This document shows, in pieces, positions 54,601-62,788 of a stretch of DNA of 64,000 nt; positions within the stretch are counted from its first letter, which is position 1; each line of letters opens with the position of its first letter. This DNA comes from Candidatus Pacearchaeota archaeon (GTDB lineage: Archaea > Nanobdellota > Nanobdellia > Pacearchaeales > GW2011-AR1), in assembly GCA_040879785.1 (NCBI GenBank), contig JBBDJR010000006.1:64410-128409 (forward strand). The letters run 5' to 3'. The notes beneath the pieces were generated by a model. The model made no database searches, was not told the DNA's origin, and saw only the letters and a list, made by a program, of their open reading frames with translations. The translations under genes were made by a program, and so were the position numbers.

Positions 54601-55071
54601 TTAAACCTCTCTCCTTATTTTTTCTGCGAGTTTTCTTAGGTTTTCATCATCTTCTCTTTTATAGTCATGTGAAGAGATATATCCCTCGTATCTCTCAAAA
54701 TATTTATTCACATTTGATTTAATCTCTTTCCATTTTTCCATATCTGAAGTGTTGTGCATTGGGAAAAGCTTTGCATGAACGTGGTCTACTCCAAATCCTT
54801 CAAAAATCATCCCAGTCCTTCCAACGTCTTTTAGTTTAGAGTCTATTAATTTGGCAACTTTTTTAGAGGCAATAACTAACTCGGAAAGGATTTCGTCAGA
54901 TAAATTAAAAGCATAACTCGAAAAATGTTCTTTTGTTATCACGACCGAAAAACCTTCTGTATTTGGAAAAGGGGAGAGAAACGCCAAATGCTTTTTATCT
55001 TCCCATATTTTATGGCAAGGAGCATCTCCTTTCACGATTTTACAAAAAATACAATCTTTTTTCATCACCAT
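54601..55071 (-). CDS. HIT-family nucleotide hydrolase/transferase (degenerate triad HVHAK)
   Basis: DCIFCKIVKGDAPCHKIWEDKKHLAFL and GVDHVHAKLFP. Confidence 0.7.
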   Translation of the reverse strand: MVMKKDCIFCKIVKGDAPCHKIWEDKKHLAFLSPFPNTEGFSVVITKEHFSSYAFNLSDEILSELVIASKKVAKLIDSKLKDVGRTGMIFEGFGVDHVHAKLFPMHNTSDMEKWKEIKSNVNKYFERYEGYISSHDYKREDDENLRKLAEKIRREV

Positions 55072-55316
55072 CCTCCCTTCTCTCCAAGAATAAAATCTTC
55101 ACTTTTCTTAGGGGCGTTATCAAACATTATATCCCGGGAAAAATCTCTTTTTTCATTTCCCTCCTGCCTTTCGGATTCCTCTCTCTCAACATGAGAATCT
55201 TCAAGCTTTCCCTTAACTTTACCAAGCTTTTTTGAAAAAGAATCCAAAATAGATTTCGCTTCTTTCTTTATATCTTCCTTCTCTTTTTCAGAAACTTTGT
55301 GCCATAAAAAATCCAT
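55065..55316 (-). CDS. gatC: GatC-like amidotransferase subunit C (divergent)
   Basis: 83 aa with a C-terminal FDNAPKKSEDFILG resembling the GatC NAP...F motif. Sits between aspS and the gatA block. Confidence 0.45.
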   Translation of the reverse strand: MDFLWHKVSEKEKEDIKKEAKSILDSFSKKLGKVKGKLEDSHVEREESERQEGNEKRDFSRDIMFDNAPKKSEDFILGEKGGW

Positions 55317-55346
55317 AAACTAGAAAGGAATGAAGTATTTATAAGA

Positions 55347-56729
55347 TTACTTCTTCTTTTTCTTCCCGTCTTTAACCACAGAAATATGAACGTCCTTAAG
55401 TTGTTTGGCAGAAACTTCCGACGGAGCGTCAAGCATCATATCCTTTGCCTCTTTGTTCTTTGGGAAAGCAATAACTTCCCTTATGGAATTTTCATCAGCC
55501 ATTATCTGAACGAGTCTGTCAAAACCAAACGCAATCCCTCCGTGAGGCGGAGCTCCAAAATTAAGAGCATTCATCAAAAACCCAAATTTCTCCTCGGCTT
55601 CCTTCTTTGATATTTTCAAAACATCAAAAACCTGACTCTGAATCTCGGAATCATGAATTCTTATACTTCCTCCTGCAATCTCCGAACCGTTTAAAACCAA
55701 ATCATACGCAAGCGACGAAGCATCTCCCTTCTTCTTTTTGAACTCTTCCATGTTTGGCATCGTAAACGGATGATGGGTCGATTTATACCTCTTCTCCTCT
55801 TCGCTGTACTCCATTAAAGGAAAATCAACTACCCAACAAAAAGCAAATTTGTCATCGGCCTTCCTTAAATCAGGCCTGTCAGAGCCGTACTTCTCAATCG
55901 CATCCTTGTATTTTATCCTCTTGAAAGGCGTCTTCACATCAACATTAAGAACTTTCTTAAAAACATACTTCATCATTCTTTCTATTAACTCAATTATGTC
56001 CTCTTGCTCAATAAAAGACATCTCAATATCAATCTGTGTGAACTCCGGTTGCCGGTCCGCCCTCAAATCCTCGTCTCTAAAACATCTCGCAATTTGTAAA
56101 TACTTATCAAACCCTGCAACCTGCGAAAGCTGTTTGAACAACTGCGGAGATTGAGGCAAAGCATAAAACTTCCCTGGAGAATTTCTGCTCGGAACAATAT
56201 AATCTCTTGCACCTTCCGGCGTCGACTTAGCCATAATCGGAGTCTCCACCTCAACAAAATCCTCTTGATAAAAAAAGTCACGGACAGCCTTCAAAGTATC
56301 ACTTCTCAAAATTATATTCTTCTTCATTCTCTCACTTCTCAAATCAAGGAAACGGTACTTCAACCGAGTATCTTCATTAACTTCTTTGTCATTAATATTA
56401 AAAGGGATAACCGGCGCCTTGTTAAAAATCTCCAGGCCCTCTATTGAAACCTCCACATCGCCCGTAGAAAGCTCCTTGTTTTCTGTGCCCTTAGGACGCG
56501 CCTTGACCTCTCCTTTAATTAAAATGCTAGACTCAACAGTCAAACTTTTTATTGAATCAAAATTAGAATTCTTTTTTGGAGCAACAGCCTGGATTCTTCC
56601 GTACCTGTCTCTTAAATCAATAAAAACAACATTCCCGTGGTCACGGACAGTCTCAACCCATCCTGCCAGAGAAACCTTTTTACCGACGAGGTCCTTGTTC
56701 ACTTCGCTTATCTTGTGTGTTCTTAACAT
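55347..56729 (-). CDS. aspS: Aspartyl-tRNA synthetase, bacterial-type core apparently lacking the GAD insertion
   Basis: FIDLRDRYG, QSPQLFKQ, FRDEDLRADRQPEFTQIDIE and GGIAFGFDRL. Only about 7 aa separate DRPDLR and FCWVVDFP. Confidence 0.9.
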   Translation of the reverse strand: MLRTHKISEVNKDLVGKKVSLAGWVETVRDHGNVVFIDLRDRYGRIQAVAPKKNSNFDSIKSLTVESSILIKGEVKARPKGTENKELSTGDVEVSIEGLEIFNKAPVIPFNINDKEVNEDTRLKYRFLDLRSERMKKNIILRSDTLKAVRDFFYQEDFVEVETPIMAKSTPEGARDYIVPSRNSPGKFYALPQSPQLFKQLSQVAGFDKYLQIARCFRDEDLRADRQPEFTQIDIEMSFIEQEDIIELIERMMKYVFKKVLNVDVKTPFKRIKYKDAIEKYGSDRPDLRKADDKFAFCWVVDFPLMEYSEEEKRYKSTHHPFTMPNMEEFKKKKGDASSLAYDLVLNGSEIAGGSIRIHDSEIQSQVFDVLKISKKEAEEKFGFLMNALNFGAPPHGGIAFGFDRLVQIMADENSIREVIAFPKNKEAKDMMLDAPSEVSAKQLKDVHISVVKDGKKKKK

Positions 56730-56737
56730 ATTAACAT

Positions 56738-58225
56738 CTATTTAACATACTTTTTAATAATTTCCATAGCCTTTTTCCCTTCAACCTTTCCCTTAAACTC
56801 CTTCATCACCAAACCCATATAAGCCTTTGGAGAAAGCCCTGGTTTTTTCTTGATAATATTTAGTATCTTTTCCTCAACAACAGAAGAATCCTCCCTCTCA
56901 AAACTAACAGCCTCCCTGTAATCTTCTCCTTTGACAATTCTTTCTAAAACATGTTTAACTTCTGATTCCGAAATTTTCCCTTTTTTCAAACTCTCAAGAA
57001 CATGCGAAAGAACATCTTTATTAAGAATTTCCTCAACTTCCTTCAAAGACTTTTTCTCTCTGCTTGAAATCTCTTTTGGAAAAACAAGAAGAACCTTCCC
57101 AATAAGATTCGGCTTATTCAAAACAGAAAGAAGCTCCTTAAATTCCTCGACGCTTCCCTCTTTCAAAAGAAGAGAAATCATTTCTTTATTCAACCCTTCC
57201 CTCTTAAGCTCATCTCTTTCTTCTGTTTTTAATTTAGGCAGCGTCTTCTTGGCTTTGTTAATAAAATCACGGGAAATTTTCAAAAGAGGTAGGTCCGTCT
57301 CAGGATACATTCTTGAAGCTCCGGGCAGCGGCCTCAGATACTTTGTTGTATTGTCCGGCTCTGCCCCTCTTACTTCCGGCTTAAGTTCTTTTAATTTTCC
57401 TTTTTCAAGATTTTTTAACTGTCTCTTTACTTCTTCTTCAACAACCTGAACAAAAACTCTCGGATTCTGAAATCCCTTAATCTCTGCCCGCGGATGCCCT
57501 TTTATACTTACATTAATGTCCTGTCTTATTGTTCCAATCCCTCGACGAACCTTACACGCTCTCAAAATTTCCCCAATATGCAAGGCAGTTTCTTTTGCCT
57601 GCTCTGGAGTTTTTATGTCCGGCCCTGTAACAATCTCAACGAGAGGAATCCCGAGACGGTCCAGCCTGTAAACAACCCTGTTGCCTTTCTCATCTTCGGA
57701 AACTTTCCTCGCTGCATCTTCCTCAAGATAAACATACTTAATTCCAATCTTCCCGTGAGGCGTCTCAACAAACCCATCGCGGGCAACCAAAACACTCCTT
57801 TGAAAACCGCTTGTATTACTCCCGTCAATAACCGTCTTCCTCATTATCTGAGTTAAAGGAACCATCTGGCAATTCAAAAGCAAAGAAATATGAGTCGCAA
57901 CTTTCAAGGCCTCTTCATCAATTTCGTGCGGAGGCTCCTCATCCAACTCCACAAGACAAGTAGTATCTTTATAACCCTGATAGACAAACTCCTTCTCTAA
58001 AGATTTTTGGAACAAAGCAGCAACATCAACCTCTCCTGATTCCCCGGGAACCGCATGAAGTTTCCTCTTAACAACAAAATCCGGCTCATCCCTCCTCAAA
58101 ACAGAAGGACAATTGCAAAAAAGCTTTCCTGTATCAAGTTGTTGATGAATTTCCAAACCACACTTAAGTCCCAATTTACTATAATCTAATTCCTTCCCAA
58201 ATTCTTTTTTTTGTTTCTCGGACAT
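56738..58225 (-). CDS. gatE: Glu-tRNA(Gln) amidotransferase subunit E (short form)
   Basis: GLKCGLEIHQQLDTGKLFCNCPS, TCLVELDEEPP and VIDGSNTSGFQRS. Confidence 0.85.
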   Translation of the reverse strand: MSEKQKKEFGKELDYSKLGLKCGLEIHQQLDTGKLFCNCPSVLRRDEPDFVVKRKLHAVPGESGEVDVAALFQKSLEKEFVYQGYKDTTCLVELDEEPPHEIDEEALKVATHISLLLNCQMVPLTQIMRKTVIDGSNTSGFQRSVLVARDGFVETPHGKIGIKYVYLEEDAARKVSEDEKGNRVVYRLDRLGIPLVEIVTGPDIKTPEQAKETALHIGEILRACKVRRGIGTIRQDINVSIKGHPRAEIKGFQNPRVFVQVVEEEVKRQLKNLEKGKLKELKPEVRGAEPDNTTKYLRPLPGASRMYPETDLPLLKISRDFINKAKKTLPKLKTEERDELKREGLNKEMISLLLKEGSVEEFKELLSVLNKPNLIGKVLLVFPKEISSREKKSLKEVEEILNKDVLSHVLESLKKGKISESEVKHVLERIVKGEDYREAVSFEREDSSVVEEKILNIIKKKPGLSPKAYMGLVMKEFKGKVEGKKAMEIIKKYVK

Positions 58226-58265
58226 GAATAGAATAAATAAAAAGAGTTTATTAAATTAATCTTAA

Positions 58266-58565
58266 TTAATCTCTTAACAATTTATGTATCAAATCTTTAG
58301 GCAATGTGGGCACGTCCTCGGACCGAACCGCTCTACTGATAGCTTCCTCATTTTCAATATAAGAATCCCTAAATCTCTCCGCTTGTTTTGATTTAACCCA
58401 ATCCACCAATGCCTCATCCCAACCAACGTCCAGTTCTTTTATTTCAGACAGATAATATTTATGTTCCTCAATCTCTCTGATTTGCAACGCCATATAAAGT
58501 TTCAGATTTTTAACATCTGATTTTTGGCCCGATCCCCTCTTTTGATGATATATTAGTTTTGGCAT
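58266..58565 (-). CDS. 99-aa helical protein with an HKYYLSE motif (DUF4032-like, tentative)
   Basis: IEEHKYYLSEIKELDVGWDEALVDWV. Third gene of the cassette between gatD and gatE. Confidence 0.35.
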   Translation of the reverse strand: MPKLIYHQKRGSGQKSDVKNLKLYMALQIREIEEHKYYLSEIKELDVGWDEALVDWVKSKQAERFRDSYIENEEAISRAVRSEDVPTLPKDLIHKLLRD

Positions 58566-58576
58566 TTTGTTTAATA

Positions 58577-59371
58577 TTATTGGTCATACTTCTTCATGAC
58601 CTTCTTTATAGAATCGCTTATCTCAGCTAGAGAAATATTCATTCTACCACTTCTTAATAATTCTTCATAAACATTAAGTGTTAAGTCTTCTGGAATTTCT
58701 TCGGTCTTATTGGAAGAAGTTAGTTCTCCAGAACCTCTTAAGCTCAACATTGTTTTACTTATCTCATCCATAAGATCTTTTTTTGAAGATTTAAGACTTG
58801 TTCTCCAAAGTTTAGCAAATTTTTGATTATCATAATCCTTAACTACAACCCCCTCTCTTCCATAATTAGAATACTTACTTTCCCAAAGAGCTAATTTTTT
58901 AACGTCTCCAATCTCCAGCTTTCCCTCCGCAAGAGGTTCTAAAAAAAGAATCTTTTCTATTCCAGAATCGTTTAAGATCTCTCGTGAACTAGAGTAGGGA
59001 ATAAACCGATCTTCAGAGATTTTATAAAGATCAATTAAAAAGAATTTATTTGTAAATTCTGGTTTATAATTGATAGTATGAGGAGACATGAATTCCCCAT
59101 AAACAACAAAATCTTCAGAAAGATTATAAAGAGTGTAGTTTGATTTTGCCCAATTATTAAAATCTTTAAACCAATTAAATCTAAAATACTCTTCTCTTGT
59201 TAGAAAGTTTGCCCTGCTTCCTGTCAAAATCTGACCATTTAACACCCTAATCTGAGAATTACCTCCATCTAATTTCTCAAATACCTGTAACCTATCACTC
59301 TCCAAAATTTCTGGCACTTCTGTAAGATGAGGTATTGAAGGATATTTTATAAAATCTGTGTCTTGAACCAT
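58577..59371 (-). CDS. ATP-dependent RNA-ligase-like nucleotidyltransferase (KxDG family)
   Basis: KYPSIPHL; motif I EKLDGGN (Lys33); motif III VVYGEFM; motif IV FFLIDLY; motif V REGVVVKDYDNQKFAKL. Confidence 0.6.
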   Translation of the reverse strand: MVQDTDFIKYPSIPHLTEVPEILESDRLQVFEKLDGGNSQIRVLNGQILTGSRANFLTREEYFRFNWFKDFNNWAKSNYTLYNLSEDFVVYGEFMSPHTINYKPEFTNKFFLIDLYKISEDRFIPYSSSREILNDSGIEKILFLEPLAEGKLEIGDVKKLALWESKYSNYGREGVVVKDYDNQKFAKLWRTSLKSSKKDLMDEISKTMLSLRGSGELTSSNKTEEIPEDLTLNVYEELLRSGRMNISLAEISDSIKKVMKKYDQ

Positions 59372-59373
59372 TT

Positions 59374-60060
59374 TTATCTCCTCCTTGTTGAAATAGGAAC
59401 GATGTTTGAATACCTATCCTTAAAATTTTTCTTCAAAAACTCCGAACCTAAGATAATATGATCATCTGAAGATAAAACAAGTAGGTTCTCCCTCCCTTCT
59501 TCAGAAGAGTCTCCAACATTACAGTTACTTAAATACGCAACTGTTGATAATATTTCCTTATCTGTTTCTGAACAGCCCTCAACATACTTTTTACTGTTCC
59601 CATTACAACCCTCCTTAGATGCCCAATAAGCATCATATCTAGCCTGATCTGGCTCAAGACCACACTCTAATCCAGAAATATATTCCTCGGATCCAATCAT
59701 TATCTCTAAAGAACGGTCAACAATTCTAGGGGTTAGCTCCTGAGTATGTCCATTGAGTTTCATTCTTCCATGGTCTTGTATTTCCTGATAAGTCTTAGGG
59801 GTAATTATTATTCCTACGTTCTCAGAGATATAATCTAAAAAAGATGTTGCTCTCATATAATTTGGGTTAACATCCTTTCCTCTAGAAACAAGATTATACT
59901 CACGAGCCTTATTTGCAATCTCAATCAGACCTCCTGTATCCAAAACAAGAAGAGAGTTATCACTAGACCTATTATTTATTTCTTTATCTAACTCATCTAA
60001 GTTTTTAATGCACATAAAAGATACATGGTCCCCACACTTAAAAACCTTTCTCCTTGTCAC
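59374..60060 (-). CDS. PIN-like nuclease domain protein (paralog of 7865..8545)
   Basis: LLVLDTGGLIE, TYQEIQDH, SETDKEIL and LLVLSSDDHII acidic set. Confidence 0.5.
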   Translation of the reverse strand: MTRRKVFKCGDHVSFMCIKNLDELDKEINNRSSDNSLLVLDTGGLIEIANKAREYNLVSRGKDVNPNYMRATSFLDYISENVGIIITPKTYQEIQDHGRMKLNGHTQELTPRIVDRSLEIMIGSEEYISGLECGLEPDQARYDAYWASKEGCNGNSKKYVEGCSETDKEILSTVAYLSNCNVGDSSEEGRENLLVLSSDDHIILGSEFLKKNFKDRYSNIVPISTRRR

Positions 60061-60087
60061 CCCTTTTTAATTATAACATTCTAACAA

Positions 60088-61374
60088 TCATTTATCAAGC
60101 CTGTCGTTAAACTCACCTGCGATGTTCTCAAGCATTTTTTCTCTGACTTTTTCCTTGTTTTTTGCCCAGTCATTATGGCCCAAAACCCATCCGAGTTTTA
60201 CTAAAGCAGTCTCAGCAAGCATATCTCTCAAATAGATAACACCTGTTTCCATAATTTCTCTCCCGTTAGAATAAACAAATGGGTCCAGCCTGCCGTTTAT
60301 AGTTTGGGCTGCGGCACAAACAATGAGCCCTTTTTTCTGAACTTCTTTAAGTTTTTTTATCCATGATTTTTTAGAATCTCTTCCCGGAACATGACCCAAA
60401 CCAGTGACCTCCAGAACAATTCCTTTGTATTTCTTCTTCACATAATAATCCAAAATCTCAGAATCCTGCCCGGGATAAACCTTAACAAGAGCAACCTTTT
60501 CTTCAAACTTCGCATCAACTTTAACTTTTTTCTTACTATCCCTAAAATTATGTTCAGAGATTTTTTCTATTCTATCAGGAAAGATTTTGGCGAAAGGTTC
60601 CGAATTAATTATTTTAAAGGCATCTCTCCTCGAGGTGTGCATCTTTTTAACTTTAGTTCCGGGCATTGCATAACAATAATCATCGTTCGTCGTCGCATGT
60701 CCGACCAACATGACCTCTGCAATATCTGAGATGGCTGCAAGAGCAGAGCACTGCAAATTCAAATTCGCATCAGACGAAGCACGGTCAACACTTCTCTGGC
60801 TGTAAGTCAAAACAACCGGTTTTCCCAAATTCCTCATAAAAAAACTCAAAGCCGCAGAAGTATAATGCAATGTATCCGTCCCGTGAGTAATTATCACTCC
60901 TTTAATATTTGAATCATTCAAAAGCTTTTCAGCCGTGCGGGCAATTCTTTTCCAGTCCTTAAAATCCATACTCTCGGACGATTTCATAAAGGGAACCTCG
61001 ACTTTAGAAATATTAACCTTACCAAAAATCTCAGGATAAAACCTAAACAAATCATCCGGGCTTGTTAAAGGCGAAACCCCTCCTGTCTTTGAATCATAAC
61101 GCGAAGCAATCGTTCCTCCCGTTAGAATCATTCCGACGTTCGGCTTCTCCTTGTCCGTCTTTATCTCATGAACCTCTTCCCTGCCTTCCGCCTTCTTCAA
61201 AACATTAACCTCTAAAACATCTTTTTTACTAAATCCTATGTTATAACCCGAGTCAAGTTTAAGCAAGATTATTCCTTTATCTGAATCGGGAGACTTCAAC
61301 AATCGACCTTCATAAGATTTCTTAACAAGAGAAACCTCCACATAATCTCCAGGAGATGCTTTTCCGTTCACCAT
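60088..61374 (-). CDS. gatD: Glu-tRNA(Gln) amidotransferase subunit D (asparaginase-like)
   Basis: ILTGGTIAS and THGTDT motifs. Start set at the ATG at 61374. Confidence 0.9.
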   Translation of the reverse strand: MVNGKASPGDYVEVSLVKKSYEGRLLKSPDSDKGIILLKLDSGYNIGFSKKDVLEVNVLKKAEGREEVHEIKTDKEKPNVGMILTGGTIASRYDSKTGGVSPLTSPDDLFRFYPEIFGKVNISKVEVPFMKSSESMDFKDWKRIARTAEKLLNDSNIKGVIITHGTDTLHYTSAALSFFMRNLGKPVVLTYSQRSVDRASSDANLNLQCSALAAISDIAEVMLVGHATTNDDYCYAMPGTKVKKMHTSRRDAFKIINSEPFAKIFPDRIEKISEHNFRDSKKKVKVDAKFEEKVALVKVYPGQDSEILDYYVKKKYKGIVLEVTGLGHVPGRDSKKSWIKKLKEVQKKGLIVCAAAQTINGRLDPFVYSNGREIMETGVIYLRDMLAETALVKLGWVLGHNDWAKNKEKVREKMLENIAGEFNDRLDK

Positions 61375-61413
61375 GAAAGAAACACACAACAAGCATATAA
61401 AAAGTTATTGAGG

Positions 61414-62559
61414 TCAAAAAATCAACGAGCCAAAGAACTCAAAGAAAATCCCCACAATAAAAATCAAGGTCAAAATACCAATAGCAATCTTATTTAGGGG
61501 GATGGAGTATTCCGGCTTCCTGTCTCCAATTTCTTTGGCCTTCAGATTCATAATAAGAATTAAAATTCCTGCAACGCCCCCTGTGACAACACCCCCCAAC
61601 CCGAGAACAGTTACGAAACCAGCCAAGTCAAAAAAGTAAACTATTAAATACAATGCTAAAGGAAATACAGATGTAAAAAAGAACGAAAGTTTTCTCCTCT
61701 TCAAATCATAAAAGAAATAATCCTTAAGTGCAAAGCTCAAAACAAAATAACTTGTGAACATTGTGAAAATTCCCAAAATCAATAGAACATTTCCAACCCC
61801 TCCACTAAAAGAAAGTGTCGCAACCTGTTTAAGTTCATCTCCTGCAACGCCCACAAAAACAAGACTAAGAATGATATAAAGAATCACTGGAACAAAAGCT
61901 CCTAAAAGAATTGATTTTTTCATCAATTCCTTATCTCTTCCCAGCTCCCTCCTTAATTCAGGAATTGAAAGGAAACCAATCAAAGAAAAAAGAACAACTC
62001 CAAAGGGTAAAAATATCTGCGGAACATCTATGTAAGTTAGATTATCTACACTAACTTGTGGAAAAAGAAGTATGAAAGCAATAAATACAACGAAGATTAT
62101 CCCCCAAACACCCCAATATTCTAACTTCTTTAAATCGTTTAATCCCCCCTGGAGAAAAGTCACCATAATAAGCCAGAAAAAAACACCAAAAAAGAACGAA
62201 CTCTCGATACTACCTGTAAAAAGTTGAGAAAGACTTTGCCCCTCTCCAATAAGGTATGCTAAAAGAGCCGAATAAATACCAAATATGATTGCCCCCATCA
62301 TTATTCTCTTTCCCCACTCTCCGATAAACCTCTCTGCATATCCCGGGAGATGGTGTATATTTTTAGTTCTTAATGTAATCTCTCCCATATACAAATTGAT
62401 AAGAATCATTATCATACCCAGGAAAAGAATCCAAAACATTCCTATAAAAAATCCTGATTGTGCAAAAACATACGGAAGTCCTAAAATACCCGCGCCAACG
62501 ATAGTTCCTGAAAGAGTGAACGCCGCAGTCAAAAACCTCTTATTTTTAGTATCACCCAT
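61414..62559 (-). CDS. Amino acid permease (aromatic amino acid / Trp-Tyr permease-like)
   Basis: About 11 TM helices and an N-terminal SGTIVGAGILGLPYVFAQSG. Confidence 0.65.
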   Translation of the reverse strand: MGDTKNKRFLTAAFTLSGTIVGAGILGLPYVFAQSGFFIGMFWILFLGMIMILINLYMGEITLRTKNIHHLPGYAERFIGEWGKRIMMGAIIFGIYSALLAYLIGEGQSLSQLFTGSIESSFFFGVFFWLIMVTFLQGGLNDLKKLEYWGVWGIIFVVFIAFILLFPQVSVDNLTYIDVPQIFLPFGVVLFSLIGFLSIPELRRELGRDKELMKKSILLGAFVPVILYIILSLVFVGVAGDELKQVATLSFSGGVGNVLLILGIFTMFTSYFVLSFALKDYFFYDLKRRKLSFFFTSVFPLALYLIVYFFDLAGFVTVLGLGGVVTGGVAGILILIMNLKAKEIGDRKPEYSIPLNKIAIGILTLIFIVGIFFEFFGSLIF

Positions 62560-62602
62560 AATCTCTAATAAAAAAAGGGCTATAAAAATGATTGGGTTTA
62601 TA

Positions 62603-62736
62603 TGGGCCTGCCAGGACTCGAACCTGGATCAACGGGGTATTCCGAAGCCCGCTCGCATTATGACAAAACGAAAAAGCTTGTCTCCCGCAAACTTCCTCAC
62701 CGAAACCCGTCATTCTGTCCATTGAACTACAGACCC
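62603..62736 (-). tRNA. tRNA-Arg (anticodon UCG) with a 62-nt intron after position 37
   Basis: Reverse complement folds as GGGUCUG-UA-GUUC-AAUGGACA-GAAU-G-ACGGG-UUUCGG[intron]C-CCCGU-UGAU-CCAGG-UUCGAGU-CCUGG-CAGGCCC-A. Confidence 0.8.
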
Positions 62737-62759
62737 TAAACAAAGTAAAATAATTAGGT

Positions 62760-62767
62760 TTTTATAT
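62760..62767 (-). promoter_or_regulatory. TATA-box-like element (ATATAAAA on the minus strand) about 28 nt upstream of tRNA-Arg +1
   Basis: Lies in the 52-nt divergent spacer shared with proS. Confidence 0.4.
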
Positions 62768-62788
62768 GTTAATATTTTGGATATACTA

